Below, one piece after another: positions 56,428 through 64,000 of a stretch of 64,000 bases of DNA. Every line of letters starts with the position of its first letter. Positions within the stretch are counted from its first letter, which is position 1. The position numbers and the translations under genes were made by a program. The notes under the pieces are model-generated. The model worked only from the letters and a program-made list of their open reading frames with translations. It had not been told where the DNA came from and did no database searches. Source of the stretch: a virus; IMG/VR virus record IMGVR_UViG_3300034062_003747, positions 13,826 to 77,825 of that record. One strand, written 5' to 3'.

Positions 56428-57681
56428 TTAACGAAATACATATTTTACCCATTTATCATTTATTTTTTTATATCCGTTGGTTTTACTATCGTGGTAATTT
56501 TCAGCAATAATATCCATAACACCATCTTTATCTAAATCATCAAATTTAAAATTACTCCACCCATATTTATCCATAGTCCCTTCAACAAAATTACCATCTA
56601 GTGGATTGTCAAAGTAGGTATTATTTAAAATATAGTTTTCATTTGTATAGATATAAACAAGAAATTTTGATACACCAATTTCATTATTTCTTAATTGAAT
56701 AATATCTAACTTACCATCTGAGTTCATATCAAAAAATTCTAAATCCATTATTCCCTTATATTCTTTGTCTTGTTCAAAGTTATAAACTTTGGAATTTGTA
56801 AATGAACCCCCATTGTTATAAATAATTGTTGTATGTGCTTTTGGTTCGTAATCATTATCCATCGTACCCAATACAATATCATTTAGTCCATCATTATTCA
56901 TATCTAAAATTTCATAAGCGAGAACCGCTTTTGTATATTTATCAATTGAAAATTGGGTATTGGTAAAATTTCCCTTACCATCTCCATACCAAATATATGT
57001 TGCTGCTATTACATCAACAAACCCATCACCATTTAAATCACCTGCGGCACCATTGTGAAACCATAATCTCTTACTATTATCAATTGTAATCATATCATAT
57101 GTACCCTTTGTGTTTGCAATCAAAACATTAAAGTTACCAGTATAATTACCTACAATAGTTTCATCTACACCAAACGCAATATAATCCGCTTTACCATCAT
57201 TGTTAACATCTGTTTTTACAATCTTATGTGAGTTGACACCTCTAGTAGATTGAGTAATATATGTCGTATCCGAATTATAATGTTTATTATCTTTTGCGTT
57301 TATAAACCATCTTAGATGGTGATTGAAACTTACTAATATATCTTGATATCCATCGTTATTTATATCACCATACGCCTGGCCGTTACCAACATCCCCCTTT
57401 TCGCCATTATTTAAATCTGGCATATAATCAAAATATTTTTTAGAATCAAACCAAGTGAATGCTATACCTGATTGTTGATTAAAATATGATTCTTTATATA
57501 ATTTATAAACTACTGGTTTTGGTGGTTCTACTACAACAACTATCGTATCTTTTTTTATTGGTAGTTGTGGTGGTATTGGAATTGGTATATCCTCTTTACT
57601 ACAACTAGCTAAAATTAGGAGGGGTAGTAGTAAAATAGGTAAGTAGTGCTTCAGATTTTTCTTTTTCAAATTGTTTTTCAT
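56428..57681 (-). CDS. FG-GAP/VCBS-repeat beta-propeller lipoprotein
   Basis: LILAS-C-SKED lipobox; six DxNxDGxxD-type loops. Confidence 0.8.
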   Translation of the reverse strand: MKNNLKKKNLKHYLPILLLPLLILASCSKEDIPIPIPPQLPIKKDTIVVVVEPPKPVVYKLYKESYFNQQSGIAFTWFDSKKYFDYMPDLNNGEKGDVGNGQAYGDINNDGYQDILVSFNHHLRWFINAKDNKHYNSDTTYITQSTRGVNSHKIVKTDVNNDGKADYIAFGVDETIVGNYTGNFNVLIANTKGTYDMITIDNSKRLWFHNGAAGDLNGDGFVDVIAATYIWYGDGKGNFTNTQFSIDKYTKAVLAYEILDMNNDGLNDIVLGTMDNDYEPKAHTTIIYNNGGSFTNSKVYNFEQDKEYKGIMDLEFFDMNSDGKLDIIQLRNNEIGVSKFLVYIYTNENYILNNTYFDNPLDGNFVEGTMDKYGWSNFKFDDLDKDGVMDIIAENYHDSKTNGYKKINDKWVKYVFR

Positions 57682-58039
57682 TTATTTTAAGGTTTAATTT
57701 TTTAGCAATTTCCATTCCGCGATTCCATGCATCTAATTCATTTAAGAACTGACCCATCATAAATTCTTTTGGGTGGTCAGTATCATCAATATTTTTATAT
57801 GAGTTACATCCAACATTAGTTGCAGGTTGTAGGACGTGACCACACTCGTGTAATAGGGCATATAACCCATTATTATTTAAATCATAATTATGGTGTATCG
57901 ATATACGACGTGTAAAATGTCCCATAAACAAAGTGGAATCACTTAATATAACATCAACTCCCTTTGTATCAGAAATCCAATCAACTACTTTTTGAAATTG
58001 AATTGGAAACTTACGATTTTTAAATTTATATTTACCCAT
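57605..58039 (-). CDS. Small zincin-like (HExxH) protein
   Basis: LLHECGH...NELDAW. Confidence 0.65.
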   Translation of the reverse strand: MGKYKFKNRKFPIQFQKVVDWISDTKGVDVILSDSTLFMGHFTRRISIHHNYDLNNNGLYALLHECGHVLQPATNVGCNSYKNIDDTDHPKEFMMGQFLNELDAWNRGMEIAKKLNLKINEKQFEKEKSEALLTYFTTTPPNFS

Positions 58040-58047
58040 AGTATATT

Positions 58048-58425
58048 TTAATATTTAACTCCGTGTCTTTCTTCAAACTTGTCTTTAACCATTTGTGCAG
58101 ATTTGGTATAACCTTTATCATCTAACATTTGGTATGCTAATCTATCTGCCTCAATCTCTTCTTCTGCCGAATTATTCTTTGTTAATCCGTGCCCTAACAC
58201 AAAGTGTGCAACTTCATGTGCCTCAATCCATTTTAGAATATGTTTATTTAATTTTTGTTCACCATCAATTAACATCAATTTTTCAGATATGTTAGCGGGT
58301 ATCATAAACCCAAATCCATATGATTCAAATAATGGTTTAACAACTGAATAACGGAAATCATTATTGTCAATTATATTAACAATAATATCATTATCGAATT
58401 CACTTCTAAATTGTTTCGTTTTCAT
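58048..58425 (-). CDS. Small zincin-like (ImmA/IrrE-type HExxH) protein
   Basis: AHEVAHFVLGH...EIEAD; start reassigned to MKTKQF. Confidence 0.65.
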   Translation of the reverse strand: MKTKQFRSEFDNDIIVNIIDNNDFRYSVVKPLFESYGFGFMIPANISEKLMLIDGEQKLNKHILKWIEAHEVAHFVLGHGLTKNNSAEEEIEADRLAYQMLDDKGYTKSAQMVKDKFEERHGVKY

Positions 58426-58783
58426 AAAATAAGTTATATTCGGTTTCCTTTGTATACGCAATAATTTCATATGGGTGAGTATAATAATCACATCCCATAT
58501 TATAGTATCGAGTCATCCAAGTAGGAGATTGTAAATAGTGTTGATATTCGTGAATAAGAGTACGGATTAACTCTTCAGTAGATTTAATATTTTTCCAATA
58601 TACAATCAATTCATTTTCATCAGAACAATACTCACCGATTAAATTCGGTTCGTCTGCATCTGAGTATGGGGAATCCTCAATTGATAAGTACGGAAATGAT
58701 TCTTGATATTTAGAATATCCATAGTGTTTACATATCTTATCATAGTAAACATTAACTATATTTGTAATATCTTTCTTAGTCAT
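58406..58783 (-). CDS. Small zincin-like (HExxH) protein
   Basis: TLIHEYQHYLQ...PYEIIA. Confidence 0.65.
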   Translation of the reverse strand: MTKKDITNIVNVYYDKICKHYGYSKYQESFPYLSIEDSPYSDADEPNLIGEYCSDENELIVYWKNIKSTEELIRTLIHEYQHYLQSPTWMTRYYNMGCDYYTHPYEIIAYTKETEYNLFYENETI

Positions 58784-58789
58784 ATAAAG

Positions 58790-58821
58790 CTAATATACGA
58801 ACAATTATTGGTATTACCAAA
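58790..58821 (-). promoter_or_regulatory. Bacteroidota-type sigma promoter
   Basis: TTTGG...CGTATATTAG, 32-bp unit. Confidence 0.7.
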
Positions 58822-58862
58822 TATTTTTTGATGTTTTTTCGAACCAATTGATAACCAATTAG

Positions 58863-59585
58863 TTAGCGAGTAGGGTTACTTTTTTCCTTAAATTCTTCGT
58901 ATGCATCTAATAGGGCATCTACGACTGGGTGGCGGTGATTTGTAAGTAGAGTCTGAGAATCCATATCCTTAATTTTCTTTGCTGCGGTTACTAAGAATTT
59001 GAATCCACTATCTCCTCTATACTTTAAATCCACTTGTTGTGAATCGCCACACACTACCATCTTGCTCCTCAATCCCAAACGAGATGTAATCATTTCCATT
59101 TGGTCATTAGTGCAGTTTTGTGCTTCATCTACTATAATGAATGCATCTAAGAAAGTTCTACCTCTCATAAACGCAAGGGGTACGATTTCCACTTCACCAC
59201 TTTCTAATATTTTATCAATCTTTTCTTTATTGTATAATTGATAAAAATTGGAATAGATTGGTTGCATCCACGGCTCCATCTTTTCTCTAAGGTCACCGGG
59301 TAAGAACCCAATTTCTTCTTTACTGACTGTCGGGCGAGTAATGATTATTTTAGTTACGGATTTTTTGAAAAGTAAATCCAATGCTACCTGACATGCTAAA
59401 AGAGTTTTACCACTTCCAGCTTTACCACTTAAAATGGTAATAGCATTATTTAGGATTTTATCTTTAGCTTCTTTTTGTTCTTCGTTAAGAGTTAATTGAA
59501 ATTTTATTGGACTCTTAGGTCTTTGTTTTAGGTCTTTGATATTTTCTGTAATCTCTTTATGTTTTGATGATAAATTATCTGCCAT
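58863..59585 (-). CDS. phoH: PhoH-like ATPase
   Basis: GKAGSGKT, TRP, GFLPGD, FMRGRTF, DEAQN, GD..Q.D. Confidence 0.93.
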   Translation of the reverse strand: MADNLSSKHKEITENIKDLKQRPKSPIKFQLTLNEEQKEAKDKILNNAITILSGKAGSGKTLLACQVALDLLFKKSVTKIIITRPTVSKEEIGFLPGDLREKMEPWMQPIYSNFYQLYNKEKIDKILESGEVEIVPLAFMRGRTFLDAFIIVDEAQNCTNDQMEMITSRLGLRSKMVVCGDSQQVDLKYRGDSGFKFLVTAAKKIKDMDSQTLLTNHRHPVVDALLDAYEEFKEKSNPTR

Positions 59586-59604
59586 AAGTTTTTTGTTATA
59601 AAAG

Positions 59605-59964
59605 TTAAATTAATTTTCGTACTTCTTTTTTTTTCTGAATCGGATTTCTGAAATTTAAGATGTCTTGTTTATATTTGACTATCTTTGCACACATTTCATA
59701 CTCTTCCTTTTCTTGAAACCAATCTTTACAATGGTCTAATGCTTCAATAAAATCAGTCTTAGGTACAATTGAAATTGCACTAGCATTTGGATGAACTAAT
59801 ATAGCAACCTCATTTAATCCCCTTCGTGCTGCCTTATGAATGTTTTGAGAAACTTGATTCATTACTTCAAACCCACGTTTTTCTAAAAAACGGGCAACCC
59901 TTACGTTATTATGTGGGTCTAAATATTTTCGCCAATCAATTGTTGTAAATGCTCGTTGTTTCAT
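59605..59964 (-). CDS. Hypothetical protein with UVR-like motif
   Basis: EKEEYEMCAKI; ends RKLI. Confidence 0.5.
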   Translation of the reverse strand: MKQRAFTTIDWRKYLDPHNNVRVARFLEKRGFEVMNQVSQNIHKAARRGLNEVAILVHPNASAISIVPKTDFIEALDHCKDWFQEKEEYEMCAKIVKYKQDILNFRNPIQKKKEVRKLI

Positions 59965-59984
59965 TTTTAATTGGTTTTTTTATG

Positions 59985-60896
59985 TTATCGGTTATAATAA
60001 TTTGTATTTGAAAAATAACCATTACTATAACTATCATTATAGTACCCATTTCCGTTATAATCTATTGGGTAATATACACCCCCACCTCCTCCACCACCAC
60101 CATTTGATGTATAAGTTGGTGCATATTCCGAACTATTTTGTTGGCCGGTTTGGGGAGTATCTAATGTTGGGGTTATTGTTGGAGTATTATTTGAAGGGGT
60201 TGTTGTTTTTACTTCTCTTGGTTTAAGTGTATCTGCGGTGATTGCCATTGCAAACTCTTTATCCTCAAAGGTTTGTTTTAGGTAATCACTCCATTCAATT
60301 CCAAATGTACCTTTTGGGTTATGAGTAGTTGTATATGTACCAATACCATCAATTGGATATATTGGGTCTGCAATTATTTTACCATACTCAGTATTTCTAA
60401 ATTCATCGGTAAAGACTACTAACCATTGAATATGTAATACCATTTCTTCAATAGTAGAAATTGTTTTTGTAACTTTTGTTTCTGAATAAAGTTCTCCTAT
60501 TGATAATTTATTTATTCTATGGTGATTTTTTAATTCGCCATAATCTATTGGTATTATTGGAACTGTAAATTTATTAAAATATGGATTACCATCTTCTTGT
60601 GCTTTTAATAATAATTTTTTAAAAGGAGCAGATGTCCATTCTTCCATAAATCCGGCCTCTTTATCATAAAATTGAATAATGAATTTAAAATCAATATATG
60701 GATATATAATAGGGTCTAATACATTTATTTTATTAATTGGATATGTTTTAAAATCAATATATGAATTTGATTTATCTTTTCCATACTTACGCACAAATCC
60801 TTCCTCCTTTGAATAAAATGTTTTTATATTATTCAAATCGCTAGTTGTTTGTGCCGGATAAGTGTTTCGTAAATTTTCTAATCGAGTATAATCCAT
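59985..60896 (-). CDS. Hypothetical late protein with Thr/Pro, poly-Gly and Tyr/Asn tail
   Basis: C-terminal GGGGGGGVYYPIDYNGNGYYNDSYSNGYFSNTNYYNR. Confidence 0.55.
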   Translation of the reverse strand: MDYTRLENLRNTYPAQTTSDLNNIKTFYSKEEGFVRKYGKDKSNSYIDFKTYPINKINVLDPIIYPYIDFKFIIQFYDKEAGFMEEWTSAPFKKLLLKAQEDGNPYFNKFTVPIIPIDYGELKNHHRINKLSIGELYSETKVTKTISTIEEMVLHIQWLVVFTDEFRNTEYGKIIADPIYPIDGIGTYTTTHNPKGTFGIEWSDYLKQTFEDKEFAMAITADTLKPREVKTTTPSNNTPTITPTLDTPQTGQQNSSEYAPTYTSNGGGGGGGGVYYPIDYNGNGYYNDSYSNGYFSNTNYYNR

Positions 60897-60899
60897 ATC

Positions 60900-60908
60900 T
60901 ATAAATAT
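60900..60908 (-). promoter_or_regulatory. Putative late promoter ATATTTATA
   Basis: Motif only 3 nt upstream of ATG 60896. Confidence 0.45.
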
Positions 60909-60924
60909 GGATAACTGAAAAATA

Positions 60925-61134
60925 TTATTGTGGAGGGTCTTCTACTATTTCTGCCTCTTCGATTGTTCTGCAGAAAATATAGGTAGCATTTTTTGTTCTA
61001 AACGCAGAATCACAATTTAACCATTCCTTTATTGGGGCAACATCAGGTACTCGCTCGGTTGGGTACTCTGCTACAACTTGATATAGATTATCATTTATTT
61101 TTTGTATGGGAAATGGTATTCCTGAGTTACGCAT
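60925..61134 (-). CDS. Hypothetical protein
   Basis: 69-aa ORF. Confidence 0.55.
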   Translation of the reverse strand: MRNSGIPFPIQKINDNLYQVVAEYPTERVPDVAPIKEWLNCDSAFRTKNATYIFCRTIEEAEIVEDPPQ

Positions 61135-61313
61135 TATTTATTGTATTCTTTGAATCCAACGATAACAACCATTACCAACATCAATGCACCAAATATTTCT
61201 AATAGAGATGATTGATTAGTTGGGTGGAGGTGACCATCGTATACATATACTGCTAGGGTTATCAATAGTATAGTAAGGATTCCTTTTAAGTAATTTGAAA
61301 ATGATTCGTTCAT
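61134..61313 (-). CDS. 59-aa two-TM membrane protein (not in ORF track)
   Basis: MNESFSNYLKGILTILLITLAVYVY...IFGALMLVMVVIVGFKEYNK; TAATG overlap with the next gene. Confidence 0.55.
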   Translation of the reverse strand: MNESFSNYLKGILTILLITLAVYVYDGHLHPTNQSSLLEIFGALMLVMVVIVGFKEYNK

Positions 61314-61324
61314 AATTTATAATT

Positions 61325-62443
61325 TTAATGTGAATCTTCTACATTATGTTTTTCTGCAAAGATTAAATAATCTGGATTAATAACTTTTGCAATCTTTTGT
61401 CTTTCACCTGTTTGGTGTTTGATTACAATTCCCTCTTCTGGTACTTTTGTATTTGCAATAAAGTTATTGAATGTGTATTTATCTTGAACTTCTTGTGACC
61501 AATTTCCATAGTGTAATATTTCTACATAGGGTAGTTCTAATGTAATGTTATACATATTACTTGCGTGTTCGGTACACAAATACTCACCATTCTCCTTTAC
61601 ATCAAATCCTACGAACTTAATCTCCTTTAGTCCATAATCATATCCCTTTTGAATTCCCGCCCCGTAAATCTCACCATATAAGGTAATACCATCTCCAACA
61701 TCCAAACCACCTTCATCAATATCCTTTACATACTCCCACAATTTATTTTTGATATCATATTTCTTTTCAATATCATACCAAACATTTGTATCATAGAATC
61801 CTTGAGAATCTGAGCCCTTCTCTACATTATGTGAACCTACTACGAATTCATATTCAATCCATTTGTTACCAAAGAATTTTTTGATTCTATCTAATATTGA
61901 TAATTTATTCTTTTTAACAATACCATAACGAGCATTTGTTCCGTGAATCTTACGAGTAATTTCCACCATGTCATCTTCAGTAAACATTCCCGGTACATTT
62001 TTTAAGTTAGGAAACTTATAGTAGACATGAAAGTGTGGGTTATCTTGATAACGAATCTTCCTACCACTTGCCAATTGTACCATCTTAACAGGTGGTTCGT
62101 ATTTGTAAATACCTAAATAATCCATCATATCATCACCTTCACTAACGATTAGGGGTAATGCATATTGGATAATTAAAGACTCACTATAAACTCCTCTTAA
62201 TTTAACAGTTCTAACCCTACCACCATTACGAAGGTAATTAGTTACTCCTAATTTTTCAGATAACTCAAATGGAATAACTGCATCGGTTGTAGCACATATT
62301 ACCAACTCACCAACACTATGAGCATCTTTTTTTACTATACAATTCCAACCACCAACTACTGCTAATTCAATATTATCAGCTCCTTCGATTGGTTTGATTT
62401 CATTTATTGTTGCAACGTAGCAAACTGAATTATTATTTTCCAT
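61325..62443 (-). CDS. RNA ligase, DRB0094/Rnl5 family
   Basis: N-terminal OB domain (IEGADNIE...VKLRGVYS), motif I KIHGTN, YGEIYG, FDV, EGIVIK, AKVIN. Confidence 0.88.
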   Translation of the reverse strand: MENNNSVCYVATINEIKPIEGADNIELAVVGGWNCIVKKDAHSVGELVICATTDAVIPFELSEKLGVTNYLRNGGRVRTVKLRGVYSESLIIQYALPLIVSEGDDMMDYLGIYKYEPPVKMVQLASGRKIRYQDNPHFHVYYKFPNLKNVPGMFTEDDMVEITRKIHGTNARYGIVKKNKLSILDRIKKFFGNKWIEYEFVVGSHNVEKGSDSQGFYDTNVWYDIEKKYDIKNKLWEYVKDIDEGGLDVGDGITLYGEIYGAGIQKGYDYGLKEIKFVGFDVKENGEYLCTEHASNMYNITLELPYVEILHYGNWSQEVQDKYTFNNFIANTKVPEEGIVIKHQTGERQKIAKVINPDYLIFAEKHNVEDSH

Positions 62444-62447
62444 CTTC

Positions 62448-62864
62448 TTATAATTTTACTTCAAATCTATTTTTCATTTGTTCTAACTTTTCAGTAGGAA
62501 CTCCATGCTGATTTACTCCACCATGCCTATTCTCTACAATAATAGTAAATACCATATAACCATACTTTTCAGCTAACTTAAAATATTCTTCCATCTCCCA
62601 TTCTTGAGTAAATGTATTTGATACTACAATCTCTGGATAATATTGTGGATTGACTTCGTTATCTTTCATACGAATTTCGACTTGTTCTTTACACCACTTA
62701 TGTGCATCTTTTATTTTAGAACCATCAAAATTATAGTTTCCTTCTTTATCATAAAAGAATTTATCTGCTTCACAAATTGCGTAATCATTCCAAATGAATC
62801 CGGCTAATGTTGATTTACCACTTCCTGGTAATCCCCTTACTAATGTTAATACTTTTGGTATCAT
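62448..62864 (-). CDS. P-loop polynucleotide kinase-like (AAA_33)
   Basis: RGLPGSGKST, EAD.FF, AH.WC, VSNTF, N.HGVP. Confidence 0.8.
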   Translation of the reverse strand: MIPKVLTLVRGLPGSGKSTLAGFIWNDYAICEADKFFYDKEGNYNFDGSKIKDAHKWCKEQVEIRMKDNEVNPQYYPEIVVSNTFTQEWEMEEYFKLAEKYGYMVFTIIVENRHGGVNQHGVPTEKLEQMKNRFEVKL

Positions 62865-62869
62865 ATATT

Positions 62870-63523
62870 TTATTTATAATTTTCTACAATCTCGTGATGG
62901 TCTTTACTGAATAAACTTTTAACAGGTCTATCTCTCATAATAGATAATATCTCACTCATATCAATTGGATATAAGTTATTACCTTCACATCCCACATCCA
63001 TCATCTTACCTTCTTGTAATCTCATTGATGGGTCAAAGTGAACATGCCCATGCAAATGAATCGCTCCTCTAGCCATATTATCCCAACTTGCTATTGGAAA
63101 GTGCATTAAGGCAAAACGTGCTTCATCTTGTAACGGAGTTCCCACATTCCACTTTACAATCAAATCCAAATATTTGTTTACCGAACTGAAAAGGGATTGA
63201 ACCCCTTCTTTGTTATTTCCAATGTGATGGTCGTGATTGCCTAATATTAAGTGAATATTCTTACATATGATTTGGTCTCTGAACTTTTGTATTTGTTCAA
63301 ACCCACCAAAACTCCAATCACCTAAATGGAAAAGGATATCATCTTGTCCGACCAATTCGTTGATATTACCAACAAGGTGGGCGTTCATATGTTCCAATGA
63401 TTTAAACTCCCTTATTGTTACGGGGTCTGACCATTGGGTGGTAGATGAGCATATATTAGCATGGTTATAGTGGGTATCACTTGTGAACCATAACCTTTGT
63501 CCTTTGTTTAGATTTAATTTCAT
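62870..63523 (-). CDS. Calcineurin-like metallophosphoesterase
   Basis: SDTH, LGD, GNHD, HFP, HGHVH, DVG. Confidence 0.88.
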   Translation of the reverse strand: MKLNLNKGQRLWFTSDTHYNHANICSSTTQWSDPVTIREFKSLEHMNAHLVGNINELVGQDDILFHLGDWSFGGFEQIQKFRDQIICKNIHLILGNHDHHIGNNKEGVQSLFSSVNKYLDLIVKWNVGTPLQDEARFALMHFPIASWDNMARGAIHLHGHVHFDPSMRLQEGKMMDVGCEGNNLYPIDMSEILSIMRDRPVKSLFSKDHHEIVENYK

Positions 63524-63539
63524 AACCTTTTCTTATAAC

Positions 63540-63571
63540 CAAATATACAAAAAAAATCCCATATTACCAAA
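63540..63571 (-). promoter_or_regulatory. Bacteroidota-type sigma promoter
   Basis: TTTGG...TGTATATTTG, 32-bp unit, overlapping a hairpin 3' of the tRNA. Confidence 0.68.
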
Positions 63572-63589
63572 TAAAATATGAGATTTTTA

Positions 63590-63666
63590 TGGTGGACCAG
63601 ATAGGAATCGAACCTATTACCTACTGATTATGAGTCAGTTGCTCTAACCGAATGAGCTACAAGTCC
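63590..63666 (-). tRNA. tRNA with CAU anticodon, probably Ile2 (lysidine type)
   Basis: GGACTTG acceptor, AGCTCA..GGTTAGAGC D arm, ACTGA-CTCATAA-TCAGT, GGTTCGATTCC, encoded CCA; overall layout resembles bacterial tRNA-Ile2. Confidence 0.88.
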
Positions 63667-63681
63667 CTATCCTTTACGGAT

Positions 63682-63716
63682 AAAAAATAAGCAGGTGTGG
63701 AATCACCTACTTATTT
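63682..63716 (-). terminator. Long hairpin with T-run (terminator-like) between the two tRNA elements
   Basis: AAATAAGTAGGTG/CACCTGCTTATTT followed by T-run. Confidence 0.55.
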
Positions 63717-63770
63717 AGTGAATGAGAAACATATGAATCTCTTGAGGCTATATCACCAAAGCCCATAAGG

Positions 63771-63890
63771 TGCCGGAGGAGGGATTGATTACCCACACGA
63801 TGTCCACTTAGGATACATCACCTTTCTAGAATTACGGTACGTCTAATAGTTTTTATTCGAAACTCAAACTATTCTTTCCGCCACTCCGGC
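63771..63890 (-). ncRNA. tRNA-Leu-like RNA with D-loop hairpin insertion and non-canonical anticodon and T loops
   Basis: Perfect acceptor stem GCCGGAG/CTCCGGC, A discriminator, TGGCGGAA...AGACG, long variable arm; inserted AATAGTTT/AAACTATT hairpin. Confidence 0.6.
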
Positions 63891-64000
63891 ATATTTCTTT
63901 AATCTTCTTTAACCAACTCCATTGCTTCAGCCAATTTTAATTTCTCAGCTTCTAATTTGTTTTTTTCATTTTCCCAAAACTTTTGTTTTTCTTCTTGGGA

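Noticed and set aside
59605-59964. Membership of the RKLI-ending protein in the tagged system
   Set aside because: A single case outside the operon could be chance, as could KRLL, GKIL and NDLL ends elsewhere; worth retesting if the tag is confirmed
3818-63470. Numerous plus-strand and nested ORFs in the six-frame track
   Set aside because: They lie antisense to, or out of frame within, well-supported minus-strand genes and show no recognisable motifs
1-64000. Stop-codon reassignment (suggested by the TTCTAGA loop in the tRNA-like RNA)
   Set aside because: Genes are full length and densely packed in the standard code, TAG/TGA end plausible genes, and the CUA loop has no proper stem
1-64000. 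CRISPR array, rRNA, integrase, transposase or reverse transcriptase/DGR
   Set aside because: No spaced repeat array or such enzyme motifs seen; the 61-bp repeat lies within paralogous genes and no RT is present
63899-64000. 3' end of a minus-strand ORF at the window edge
   Set aside because: Only about 33 codons visible; not assignable

Overview
A 64-kb segment of a large, AT-rich, myovirus-like (jumbo) bacteriophage genome. Essentially every gene is on the minus strand in standard genetic code. Eight identically spaced TTTGG...TAnnTTTG-type promoters, few obvious Shine-Dalgarno sites and C-S-K-D/E-D lipoproteins point to a Bacteroidota host. Layout in + coordinates: primase start and GIY-YIG-like gene (1-0.8 kb); baseplate/tail module with CHAP and GH19 lysins (1.3-22 kb); Ntn-hydrolase, carbamoyltransferase and gp55-like late sigma factor (22-25.5 kb); host-like and auxiliary genes including radical SAM, def, ABC-GNAT, helicase, uvsE, cytidylyltransferase and iscA (26-37 kb); a 16-kb tailoring-enzyme operon (37.5-53.6 kb); hsp20, HD hydrolase, lipoproteins, three HExxH proteins and phoH (53.7-60 kb); an RNA-repair trio, a tRNA(CAU) and a tRNA-Leu-like RNA (61-64 kb). 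The best candidate for an undescribed system is the 37.5-53.6 kb operon. It is headed by a circularly permuted ATP-grasp ligase fused to two tandem Hint domains separated by a single Trp, then a 47-aa peptide, then 18 tailoring enzymes (halogenase, radical SAM, 2OG oxygenases, sulfo-/methyl-/acetyl-/glycosyl-transferases, SGNH proteins). Fourteen of those 18 end in a shared basic + [LI][LIM]-COOH tag. All calls come from motif recognition by eye; no database searches were run.
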